Shown in pieces: positions 13,075 to 24,136 of a stretch of 42,844 bases of DNA. This DNA is from Paraglomus brasilianum (Eukaryota). Each line of letters opens with the position of its first letter. Position 1 is the first letter of the stretch. The notes under the pieces were generated by a model. The model saw nothing but the letters and a program-made list of their open reading frames with translations, was not told where the DNA came from and did not search any database. The DNA is taken from assembly GCA_910592345.1 (NCBI GenBank), contig CAJVPI010000203.1, forward strand, positions 1-42,844, in the 5' to 3' direction. Made by a program: the position numbers and the translations under genes.

Positions 13075-15559
13075 TCACGGCGTGTACCCAGCCTCTGGAC
13101 ATAATCTGCAATAATGGCGCTTGGCCAAGACTCTCCACGTAGACAATGTCAATGGCAACCCTCTTTCAGCATATCCAGTAACCTGCCTATATGCTTCAAT
13201 ATCCCAACGAACCATATCCTTATCGAATCCACCATGCCTAGTCTGCATGTGAGTTGCGAGCCCGCTATAAGTAAATCGGTTACCATTCCTACAATAATCA
13301 CACACGAATATAAAATCGTTATCACGATTTTCAGCCAATAGATCATCGACCGTCAACGACTCTACTTCACATTTCTCCATAACTTCGCGGATCAATCTGG
13401 GAATGAGACAGAGATCGAGAAATTCAGTAGAATAAAGCGCATACGGGTCGGGTGAGGGAATCGGGGGGTTTATGAATGACGGGAGTATGAAAAGGTACTT
13501 TAAAAGCTCGTATTTGTCGATTGCTTGACTCGATAGTTCCGTATCCGACGAGTCCAAATCTTCTTCCTCTTCCTCCGATTCCTCTTCTTCTTCTTCCTCC
13601 TCCTCATCCAAGTCTATTAATTCTGTGTCTGTCGTAGACGAACAACATGATGTCTGCTCAATGTCACAAGTCAACGTGGAAGAGAAATTCGTATAATACG
13701 GTTTGTAATGCGCTCCTCCCTTTTCATCGGATCCCATCGTGCATTCGCTACCAATGCGATTTTTGAAACGGATGTTTGCGTTCATGTCATCAGCCTCGGC
13801 AGCTGCCATCCGATTGGCCGCTTCGAGCAAAAAACTACTAATACCTAATTGAAGTGTCCTTTTTGTCGTTGGCTGGACTGGCTGTTGATCAGTCCGCGTA
13901 GGATGGCTTTGATTTGACTGGTTATTTGCATCGAGGTCAAATGTACCAACGATACGCTTACCGCTCGAGTTGTTCATATTCAATTCAGCGTTGGCCATCG
14001 TCCCATGTGCGTATGCCTTTTCAAGTATTTCGTCCAACGAGTCCAAGGCAGTGATATACTCTAGTATCTGCTTTTGTCTCTCTATGTTGGATAATTCCTT
14101 GTTATGATGAGCCATGCGTCGTTCTTTATCGGCTCGTGCAACCCGCTCGATGCGACGACATTCTTCTAGTGCTTCTTGATACTCGCGGATTAGCTTATTC
14201 CTCAGCAACTGCCAAGCTCGTTCGGTAAGTACCCTCACTATGCGCTTGGACTGATGGTAAGATGGACATTGCTCCAGAATCGACATGTCGTAGTATGGTC
14301 TACCGTGTTCATCGAGTTCTTGTGTCATTATTGCGACTCTTCGCTCTACTTCTTGGATTCGTTGAAGTTGAATGTCTCTCTTGTCTTTTGCTCGCAAACG
14401 CATTTCGTGTGCTTCTTCGTGTTCTCGAGCCTCCGAGTCTTCCATTATTCGTTTCGTGGCAAGCTTACGTTGACACAGCCATCTCTCTCGGCGTGTCCAA
14501 GGAAGCGATTCGAATTCTCTCTTTGCTGCTTCTACATCTTCTTTCCAGAAAAAGTTTACAAAAAATTCGGTGCGACTGTATCTACTGTAGAATTGCGATA
14601 CTTGGTACGGTAATACGCGAAGTAATGCAACAGGTACCCTTAGTTCTTGTTTGGCTCTCAATTCGCTATATGAGAACAAAAAGAATGTGACAGTATTAAT
14701 ATTGATAGTTTCTTAAAGACTAATGAAAATCATAGTTCTCTGAAAAACATAAACATAAACACTAAATACATATGTATGTGTGCGTGTTGTGTGTGTGTCC
14801 CCATTAATCATTCTCGACTTCCATTTTTCAACTCACCTTACAGTCCGATCTTCCAAACATGATCGACAACAACGAACTCTAAAGGGCCAATAAACTTTTC
14901 TGATCAGGTCTCTTCCACAAAATTGACATCCCCTACCCAGCACCAGCCTCACATAAGATCTCTCGTCCATCCCGTCTGGTGGTGGCAAATGGAGGAATCT
15001 TACATGAAGCAATCTGCTCTGTTTCCATATGTTTTGAGTTGTCACTGATTCGGGTGAGCAAAGCCAGTTGTAGAACAGTTTGCAGACTTTTGCTAGTTGC
15101 ACTAGTTCTGTTGGTGGACAAAACCTATCAATTGAATCGAGACAAATTGCAGATTTAGCGATTGGCTAAAGAGGGGGTTTGTTGATGTTGCTAATGACGA
15201 AAGCGTACATAAGCCATGTTTACATATGGCATGTAATGACAACAAGTTTGTAATGACATAACAAGAAGCTTCCAAAGATGAATATATAATATGTATTACC
15301 TACAAACATGTATAAAGACCTCAGGTGGCACAGAGGTAAACGGACTGCTCCGAATGACTTCATCCGCAGTTGATCCATCAACATCCATCAGTTTTTTAAA
15401 TCTTTCGGCAGATTTCCCCATCGCTTTCCTTTTTTTTTCGACGGGAAAGAAAGCCATAATAGTAACGTCTGTCTCGCATTCGACAGGAGTAGGTTTCAGG
15501 TTTACGCCAACTGCGCCGTCAGCCTCTCTTTGCCTCTTTGCTCGACTTCGGGTAATCAT
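13075..15559 (-). CDS. F-box protein with a CxxC...CxxC region, coiled coil, acidic tract and C-terminal C2H2 zinc finger
   Basis: Exons 15559-15300, 15124-14837, 14665-13075. F-box VPPEVFIHVCRFCPPTELVQLAKVCK, family motif LPPPDGMDERSY...GCQFC...VYWPFRVRCCRSC, poly-Glu, and CDYC-x12-H-x4-H. Confidence 0.85.
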
Positions 15560-15875
15560 TTCTGCAAGATGGTTGGATGTATATTTGGATATGCAATATA
15601 GAGTGAGGACAATGCCCGCGTGGAAGATGATATGCGTAAAAAAAAATTGATCGGTGTGGGTGCTTAGATGCTGTGTTAACGTCTACTGTTACACACACAT
15701 AATAATTTACTGCGGAAGCATACATGTCATATGACGTAATCTTTGTATAATAATAATAAGAAATGAGGACGTTTTTTGCCATCTCCGAGGGCAAATGATG
15801 AAACAAAGCATTCATAATAGCAAACTCGCCATATATTACGATTTACTCGCGCGAGATAGAGTCATGTATGGTATT

Positions 15876-15930
15876 ATGGTATTCGATGGCATGGTATTCG
15901 ATGGCATGGTAATCGATGGTATGGTATTCG
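15876..15930. repeat. 15-bp tandem repeat (ATGGTATTCGATGGC), about 3.7 copies, upstream of the F-box gene
   Basis: Units start at 15876, 15891, 15906 and 15921. Confidence 0.85.
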
Positions 15931-17944
15931 CATTAAATTCCCGTCATCATCAACGGCTCCCCTTTTTTTTTTCTTCTCACACTGCTTTGACTAATAATTG
16001 CATCATCATGTGAAATTGAAACAGACTAATTGACCAGTCACAAATAACCAAATAGCTATAAACTTTTGTAATTGATCTGCTTACTATATAAATACAATGA
16101 TATACGTGTGTATACACAAATCAAACTAATGATTTATAATAACGTTTGATCCATTTAGTACCGGATCCACCACATGACCGAACGGAGTAAGTATAAGGCC
16201 ATTAATTTGTTTCTAAAAATAAATAATAACTGCTAATGACACACTATCTGGAATTGCATTCTTTCGGATAATCCTTGAACACGATTTCTATTAGTTATGG
16301 TCTTTTGATGGCCGAGTATGAATAACGAGTTGGCGGCTGTTGTGTCCAATCACAACAGAGCGCTTTAAGCATGTCGGCAAAATTGACCATAATTCCGACA
16401 TATCCTTTTATGTTATGTTATATATGCGGTCATCAACACTCCTCGTTGTTTGTTTTTTTAGACTCGCTTTGGTAGTAAAACCGAAAATGTGTCCTAAACG
16501 TGCCTCAAAGAAGATCAAAAGACATCATAGTGGATTGATAGTTGGATTGTTGTACATCTTGTGTTGTTGTTTGCGGGAATATTTCGTGTCTGCTGACAGT
16601 CACTCATGTATTACACTGACTCATTGCGACAATAACAAATTTTGTGCGATATCTATTTACTTTGTTGTACATTAAAATCAATTTGCTCATTTAACAAAGA
16701 ACAATAAAATTAATCCTCCGATTGCACAATGTATTGGCGAAAAAGGCATTGATCTACTACGCAATGTAATGATGTGTAAGAACTAAAGGAGGAACATAAA
16801 TAACGCTTGCATGCAACTATGACGCATGCAAACGTAAATACTGTCCGTATGTTATTGTGAAGTTATTAACTGTCCAACCAACCAATGCGGATGCAATCTC
16901 TTCTTTCTTACAAACTAAATATAGAGAAAGGCATCTACACCAGCTCCGACATTGTCAAAGTCGCAACTGCATTGTCTCTCACTTTCAAGCCAATGCAATG
17001 AGTGAATGAACGCAGATTATCTTATCGATTGAGAATTTATTTCACCTTGTTTTCTTATAGTGTAAAGTTGATTGTTTCGTTTGCTCAATTACGTCAAGAT
17101 AACAAGTTTGCGTTGTTCGGGAATCTCCCCGTCCCCCTCCCCGAACCTTCCCCGCATACAATTGACAAAATAAACCGAATAAAGACTGTGTATGTCTATA
17201 AAAATATTTAGTATGGTACGATGCCCCAAATTTATGTGTATCGCCAAGAATATATTGACATTCTATTCTTCGTTTCTTTTAATTCCCTATTGGACGATCA
17301 CATATACATATTCTAATCAGAATTATTTGTTTTCTAAATATAACTTTATGGTTGTGCCAGTGTTTCACCGAATGATCATAGTCTTAAATCCTTCCCAGTC
17401 CATCGGTCAGCTGCGGATGCTTAGTATCAGTGTAACTGAAACGTATTTGTCTTTTATGTGCATAATTTTAATGTACTCTTTTTTTTTTATACTTATGATA
17501 GCTGAGAGATGTATAGAGAAGGCTTGTTATATATTTTATTTTACAGCGTGGCACTCGCCTTCTTACAATCAATGTACTAGCTTAATTTTCTATTGCCGTT
17601 ATTTACACTTCATATATACAAAAGGATTGGAGTTGCTCAATGTCCAGTAAAATGCGGATAAAAAGATGAAACATGAGAGAACAAAGGGGGATAATAAAAT
17701 AATAAAATAATAACAATGGAATAGAAGAATTGAAATGAATAAATCAAACACCATAAGAAATATGATAATTACAATAACGAACAAGGTCTTATAATGACTA
17801 AAGGAAAAGACGTCTCTATGTTTAACTTTTTATCCAATTTTTACCATAGTCCATTCCTCTTGGTATTGTCTTGTCTCTTGATAAATGATATTAAAATGGG
17901 TATTAGATTGAATTGTCCTTTCTATTGTTCTATTTTCCGTTATT

Positions 17945-18649
17945 TTAATTAAATACTTTCAAAATGGTCGTTCTTGCAATTACTTTCCCATTCTTTTTGA
18001 TTACAATGTCTCGGTTGAGAACATTATTCAAATGCAGCACAGGGAGAGGTACGATTTTAATACCCTTTGACAAGTATGCGAACACATACGGTGTCAAATC
18101 AAACATGATATCTTTTGGATTAAAGCATAATTCGAGGAGATCGCTTTTGTTTAATAATGCACCATCGAGTGGAGGTGTCAACACACCAGAGTTGAAGCTA
18201 TTTTCCATATCTGTTTCCGAACTTTGGAATCTAATAGTCATTCGACGTCTCTTGTAAATAATCGTAGTCTCAGACTGCGCTTTACTTGCTTGTCTTTTAC
18301 GTGAATTAAGTTGTCGGTATTTCTGTCTGTAGCAAGCATACTCGTTTTCTTCTTCATGGTTATCTTCATAGTTGTAGGCGTCTTCAGGATTGCAACCTTC
18401 TTTATGTAATACGTATAAATCATAGATTGCATTGGCATCAGAGAAATCTATATCGATTTTAGCCGACACCGAGATGTTGTCATCATCCGTCGTCAGTTGA
18501 TAGAATTTAATAGAGCCAGAAAATTCTTCTCCGTCAAAGATTGCTTCTCCTCCAAGAGTGCCTCGCGGAGCATTAGTGCTGAATGGTGCAGTTACAGTTG
18601 ATCCTGCCGAGAGTAAAAAGAGAAAGAGATCCGCTGGACTAGTTTCCAT
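17945..18649 (-). CDS. Hypothetical, possibly secreted protein with a Cu/Zn-SOD-like beta pattern and no metal ligands
   Basis: Single 234-aa ORF with a short hydrophobic N-terminus. EAIF...FSGSIKFYQ at the start and VLNRDIVIKKNGKVIARTTI at the end parallel the 23088-23606 protein. Confidence 0.65.
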   Translation of the reverse strand: METSPADLFLFLLSAGSTVTAPFSTNAPRGTLGGEAIFDGEEFSGSIKFYQLTTDDDNISVSAKIDIDFSDANAIYDLYVLHKEGCNPEDAYNYEDNHEEENEYACYRQKYRQLNSRKRQASKAQSETTIIYKRRRMTIRFQSSETDMENSFNSGVLTPPLDGALLNKSDLLELCFNPKDIMFDLTPYVFAYLSKGIKIVPLPVLHLNNVLNRDIVIKKNGKVIARTTILKVFN

Positions 18650-21600
18650 TTGTGTTGTTTTGTATAGTGAGTAGGAATGACAATGGCGCGAATGTGTATT
18701 CGAATAAAGATAAAGGCAGGAAGGTTGTTGCTAGAGACTAAAACAATCAGTACAACGATTGGAGTTTTATTGATCTGTTATATGAGTTTGAGGTAAGTGC
18801 GAGGGGTTGAGTAAAGGTTTATAGCCAGTCGTTAAACTGCTATGTGATTTAGTTCTCGCTGTCAAATTGCATTAGAAAATCTTCCATGCTCATGCTTTTA
18901 TAATTTTCAATTTCACGTTGACGATAATATACCTTGGCTTGTGTCACTTCACTGTGGCTAACCGGATTCAATATTTTACCGATCCCATTTAGATGTGGCT
19001 AGTTCGTCTTGTGCGACTAGCATAATTCTGCATCATGAACAGTCGTAAATCAACCTTTAAGTTTTGGTTGTTTTACCTTTAAGGAGCGAAGATCAAGTTA
19101 CTATATCCGAAGCGTTCGAATAATAATAGTAAATAGAATGAACGAGAATATGCCCACGCTGTGACATGCAATTTAGTAAATAGACCCAAATTAATGCGAT
19201 GACTGTTCCGTTCTCGATATCATATGCCAATTCATTTAATGCCATGTCTGCTGATAATATGCAAAAAGCAAATAAATATGTAAACCATTTCTTATAAACA
19301 ATATAACTACAAATATTGAATACAAGGTCCAATGACAATGCATTAACTTATCAGATTGGAAATGAATATTTAATTCGATATTGCACCAATTTCTGGATTT
19401 GTGCAATGCATTTATTTATTTTATCTCTTACTTCACATTATCTTATATTTAATGCCATCTTATCAGTAGCTTTCGATTAATGTTTACTTCCAATTCGACC
19501 GCAGTAGTAAATCGTTGCTGCAGTGTCACCCGAAATAAGCAGAATTAGTCACATTTGTATCCATCTCTTTTACACCCCCGACTACCCTACGTCAACTGTT
19601 GTGCATGGGAGTGCCACAAAAAGCCGCTTTTGTAGACATTATCCGGGTATACTCAAAGTGTGGCGTTCAACGGTTGAATTATGCCATAATGGGAGAGTTG
19701 CATAGAATAAATATATAGTAAGTGGCTGGTGAGGCTAATGATTAATACATTGAAACAGTCGATTATCGGGCATTAAACCCATCCGACAATGTCACCTCCA
19801 TTGTCTTAGGCAGCGGGTCAACCTTCCTCTTCCCCGGCGTTGTCACCCGCCTAATAATAGACATGAACGCTAACGAGCTTTCAATATTGCATGCATCAAC
19901 ATCAAAACTATGCATTGCGGATAAAATTTTCAATTTTCCGGGGGGACAATCAATAATTAAATAAACAAAAAAGTTGGAATTAATTCTGGGCGCATACGTA
20001 ACATATGATGTACGCTATAATTACTACTGCTGCGTATTCGATAATTTACCTGGCAATACTATACCCAATGTCTAATGTCCAAGTGTCGATGACTTTGAAT
20101 TGTCCTTGTGACCGTAGAGTAAATATGACTAACTATTGATGAACGTCAACTCGAGGAAGATTTAGGGACGCACAAACCAATCTGTAATAGAAATTGGATA
20201 AAGAACAAGTACACATTACACAATATTGATAAGCAGAAATGATAAAGTAACGACCCAACGACCCAAAAAAACCAACAAAAACAACGACTATATCTACAGA
20301 CAATACTGTTCATAAATGCAGTAACCCAATTTATCAGACTTGGCTAGTAACCCACAGCTGTTTGGTTCATTATCTTGACATTTAACCAAATCGGTCGAAA
20401 CAATCGACAGTAATTATAGCAAATCTCGAATTTTTTCCATTTCTCCCCTTCCCTTCCATCGCATATCCCACATGCTCAGGTGTGGCAGTCACAAAAATGT
20501 CCATCAAAGACTTCTGCGAACCCCCATTTAAGATGAACAACAACATTCGCAATACATTCAATACAGTCAACTTCATCTATCAACTGTTTTTTCCTTCTCT
20601 TGACCACAGTCCATTATCCATTCTTCCCTCTTTGTTGCCCTTGTTATCTTTACCATTTTGAACTGATGCATATTGAACATGAGAATATTCACATGGTCTG
20701 TATAACGCCTTTTAATGATCCCTGATTTATTTGGTTTTTAAAGTTTATCATTTATTTGGTTTTGTCATATCACATATGGTCACAATCAATCTATACAACA
20801 TGATACATGCTTCTTGCGTTCCCCCCATCCACTAAATCACGTAATTGCTATGAAAAGAATGTGCGCATGTTGATGGAAACATCCACGGAGGCTAACAAGG
20901 ATGAATAAGTCAGAACAAAGCAAAAGGGGAAAGAACGACTAGAATGTTTATCGAGCTTAATGACAATACGAAAGGAACAAGTGGCAAACATTTTAAGCAA
21001 ATAATGAAATGTTACACTCGATTATTAAACTATGCCTTGGCAGAAGGCGTACCCGGATTACGACCCGATGGCAACTAAATTCTACGAATTCGTATTAGGC
21101 AAGTGGGCTAAGCCGCGAATGAAACGTTGCGGAATATTCTTTCATGCTGATGGCAGGCAGCAACTGGCTATCGAACAATGTCCAAGATTGCGGTCTAGTT
21201 TAATATCCAATGATCAATAATGGCAGTATATCATTTATTTTATTATTAATATTAATTGCCATCTAGACCGTAATCATACTGAACTCATTTACGGGTCGTA
21301 TAATCTATAGACAGTTAGTCGCTTCCCATTATTACCGCTAATAAAGATATTAAAAGCAGCTGCCAAGCATCAAGAAAGTTTTTTTATTTTCACGATGGGC
21401 TGCTTCTTGTCGTTCAAAGTAATTAATTCAGTTGTAAAGTCGTATATAGTGTTTTAAAGAATGGCCTAATTCTTATTTTCCAACTTCTAAATTGTTGTTT
21501 TGCTAAAAAAGATGAGAGCTATGTTATACTATGAGTTTGCCAGCAGTTAAGACATGATTTGAACCGCAGACCGGAATGGGCTTTTGTTTGAATAAAGGTT

Positions 21601-22248
21601 TTAACAAAAAGGCAAATAATTTATGAGTCTGGGTTGCTTATTATTATGGGCTTCTGCTTGAAACAAGACCATATAATCTTCTTTGAATAAGAAAGCAAAT
21701 AGTTTAGCTAACTAATATCTTACGAGTCTGGGTGTGCTGGTTTTTGTTAACCGCTACCACAACACTGAATTATTTTTTTTCATTGTTTTTCGTATAACCC
21801 GTCGTCTACCAGCATACTTACACCGGTTGACCTCAATTCAGTCTTGAGAGAATGGACCGGCACTCCTTCTAGAAAACAAGCAATTGCGATACAGCATCCT
21901 GTAAGGCAGAGTATAGTAGGACGAATTCACAAGACGAGTCTTTTAGTCAGTTACAGAGATGATATCTCGATAATTGCACTGCACAACAGACTCTCGGCAT
22001 TTTGGGATCCGTGGAACTAAAGACAACCCAGATGAACTCATTTATTAGACATTTATAATTATGCTGTACATCACATTGTCTGCACGTTGGCATATATTCT
22101 ATTCTTTTCTTCTTTTTATTCAATACTATACACATCCTTTGGTGGGGTTGTGGGTTTTTGTAGACTCATTCGTTTATCGTCCGCACATTGAAACGATCTC
22201 TAACGTTGCATACACACGTAAAGATTGCAAATATCAAAGACGTATGTA

Positions 22249-22530
22249 CAGTGAAACCTCCATAAATGCAACCCCCCATAAATGCAACCTCACGAGTGCT
22301 CCCTTATCTGCCACCCGTTTTCTGCAAATCGCACAACGGATTTGCTTGTAAGCAGTAGCACTTACTGAATTGGAAACAAATATTATCTTTTTCAGGGGAG
22401 CTTAAGTGACGATATTATTTGTTGGCGATGGTAATGAAACTCCAATAGCGAGGCATTAAAAACATAATAACAAGAAAGCTGTTAATACAGTAATTCATTC
22501 GTGTAACACAATCAGGGATATTGTAATATT
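22249..22530 (+). mobile_element. Heavily deleted pogo/Tigger-like remnant, same family as 29258-29850
   Basis: TA|CAGTGAAACCTCCATAAATGCAACCCC resembles TA|CAGTGACACCTCTATAAATGCAACCCC at 29258. Internal blocks are shared in the same order: GATGGTAATGAAACTCCAATAG, GAGGCATTAAAAA, GCTGTTAATA, AATTCATTCG, TAACACAAT. Confidence 0.7.
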
Positions 22531-23038
22531 GTACGTAATTTGGAATTAATAAGTGCAGTGCAAATATGCCTTTGATTGAAGCAATTGGCAGTGAGAGTCA
22601 ATAATGGTGAAATATGGCAATTAGTATAATATTAAAAATGATATGTATTACGAGCGACACGACTTTTGATATTTCTGCGTCGATGCTTTGGCCTTGTTTA
22701 AAGGAAGGTAATTGGTAACCTTAAAGACAAATTTATAAATATCATACAACTGTCGATTACTATTACAAACGTGTGCAACAAACAACAAACAAAGTACTCC
22801 ATGTATGTCGCAAACAGGTCTTTTAACCAGTAATAGAAATTTGTTAAATATTATGTAGTTACAAATACAAACATTGTGTATCATAATTTCACACTCCAAG
22901 GAGACATTGATCTAGCGAGGGTAAATAGTAACAAATGGCCACTAGAATTTTTGAGCGAACGAGTTGGTCTGCATTTATTGTTCTATAATTTTATCTATAA
23001 CTAACTTACTGAAATGTACCATCAACTTAATAAACAAG

Positions 23039-23072
23039 TACATTACATTTACATTACATTACATTACATTAC
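23039..23072. repeat. (TACAT)n microsatellite
   Basis: TACATTACATTTACATTACATTACATTACATTACA just past the stop codon of the 23088-23606 gene. Confidence 0.85.
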
Positions 23073-23087
23073 AACTAACAACAATGT

Positions 23088-23606
23088 TCAACGTGGTCCT
23101 AACCACTCTGAAGTTATATCCTCTTCAGCTATGATGATTCCATCTCTCTTGACAGTTAACAGCATTCCAACAACGCTATCTTCCCCTGAACAAATACCCA
23201 AGTCTTTCATCGCATCTCCAACTATAAATTGTTTCGATAAAACTATCTGTCCATTTGATCTTTCACTCTGTCCATCAGGATTATTGTTTATTGTAAAATG
23301 TCCGACGTTGTGTATAGCTCTTTCCACTTCATCCGCAACTTCTATTTCGTATTCGACGTTACTCTTGTCTTTATGTAAACCGCCAAAGAATTGCAATTGA
23401 ACCTCAAGTTTCCCAGATGTCTTTTCATAGAAAATAATCGTCCCAGATATGTTATGTCCGGCGTTGTGGTCTTCGAAATCAGCTTTTGCTATAACATTGC
23501 ATGCGACAGGGTCGTCTGCTTTAAATGTAAATGACGACCAGAGCGTGGGGAGAAGAACAAAAACGAAAAGTAGGGAAACGCCCAACAGACTAGCGTTTAA
23601 GAACAT
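23088..23606 (-). CDS. Small secreted or signal-anchored protein with a Cu/Zn-SOD-like beta pattern and no metal ligands
   Basis: ATG at 23606 gives 172 aa. Hydrophobic leader MFLNASLLGVSLLFVFVLLPTLWS, then AKADF...ISGTIIFYE...VQLQFFGG...YEIEV and a terminal SVVGMLLTVKRDGIIIAEEDI. Confidence 0.7.
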   Translation of the reverse strand: MFLNASLLGVSLLFVFVLLPTLWSSFTFKADDPVACNVIAKADFEDHNAGHNISGTIIFYEKTSGKLEVQLQFFGGLHKDKSNVEYEIEVADEVERAIHNVGHFTINNNPDGQSERSNGQIVLSKQFIVGDAMKDLGICSGEDSVVGMLLTVKRDGIIIAEEDITSEWLGPR

Positions 23607-24136
23607 GGTCTCTTTTATGTGGAAGAAATGTTGGTATATGATATATATGTATATATGATTATATATGTTATATAGAATATATATTACAAGACGAGTCGTC
23701 GAAAGAGCAAATGCGTATGTATCGAGAGACAATTGTCGTCGTCAAGCACACTGGAAAAAATAGTGCGGGTATTTATTGTGCTTGCTCTCTTAACACAAGA
23801 GAATGACTGTCGATTAAGTTCAGCAAATATCTCAACCTTCCAGCAAACTATCATTTTGTCTATGACAGTTGTACATAATGTCATTGATGCATTTGGTAAG
23901 TTGATTGAAAATAGGAATTCCGAATCGGGATTTGTTCGTTTGACGGAATAGATTACCCCTGCCCGCGGAGTTTTATCGTGTCATTGTGCAGCCGTAAATA
24001 ACATAAGGATCTTTATTTATACTGACCAATGCATGTTAAATATGTTTACCGTGAGAATAGTACTAATTTATTTATGTGTCCAAATCCGCATTACTTAATC
24101 ATCGATATCAGTATTCTACTGCCACTATTTTTTAAT

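Noticed and set aside
16340..17784. Several 60-150 aa ORFs
   Set aside because: AT-rich, with no recognisable motifs or coherent splice structure; treated as intergenic.
19758..19963. Frame beginning VDYRALN, a Ty3 reverse transcriptase motif
   Set aside because: The following residues do not resemble RT (no YPLP, DL..GY or YxDD), so it is probably a chance match.
23607..23732. 42-aa N-terminal extension in the ORF track
   Set aside because: It has a non-ATG start and runs through a TA-rich low-complexity tract. ATG 23606 directly precedes the signal-like sequence.
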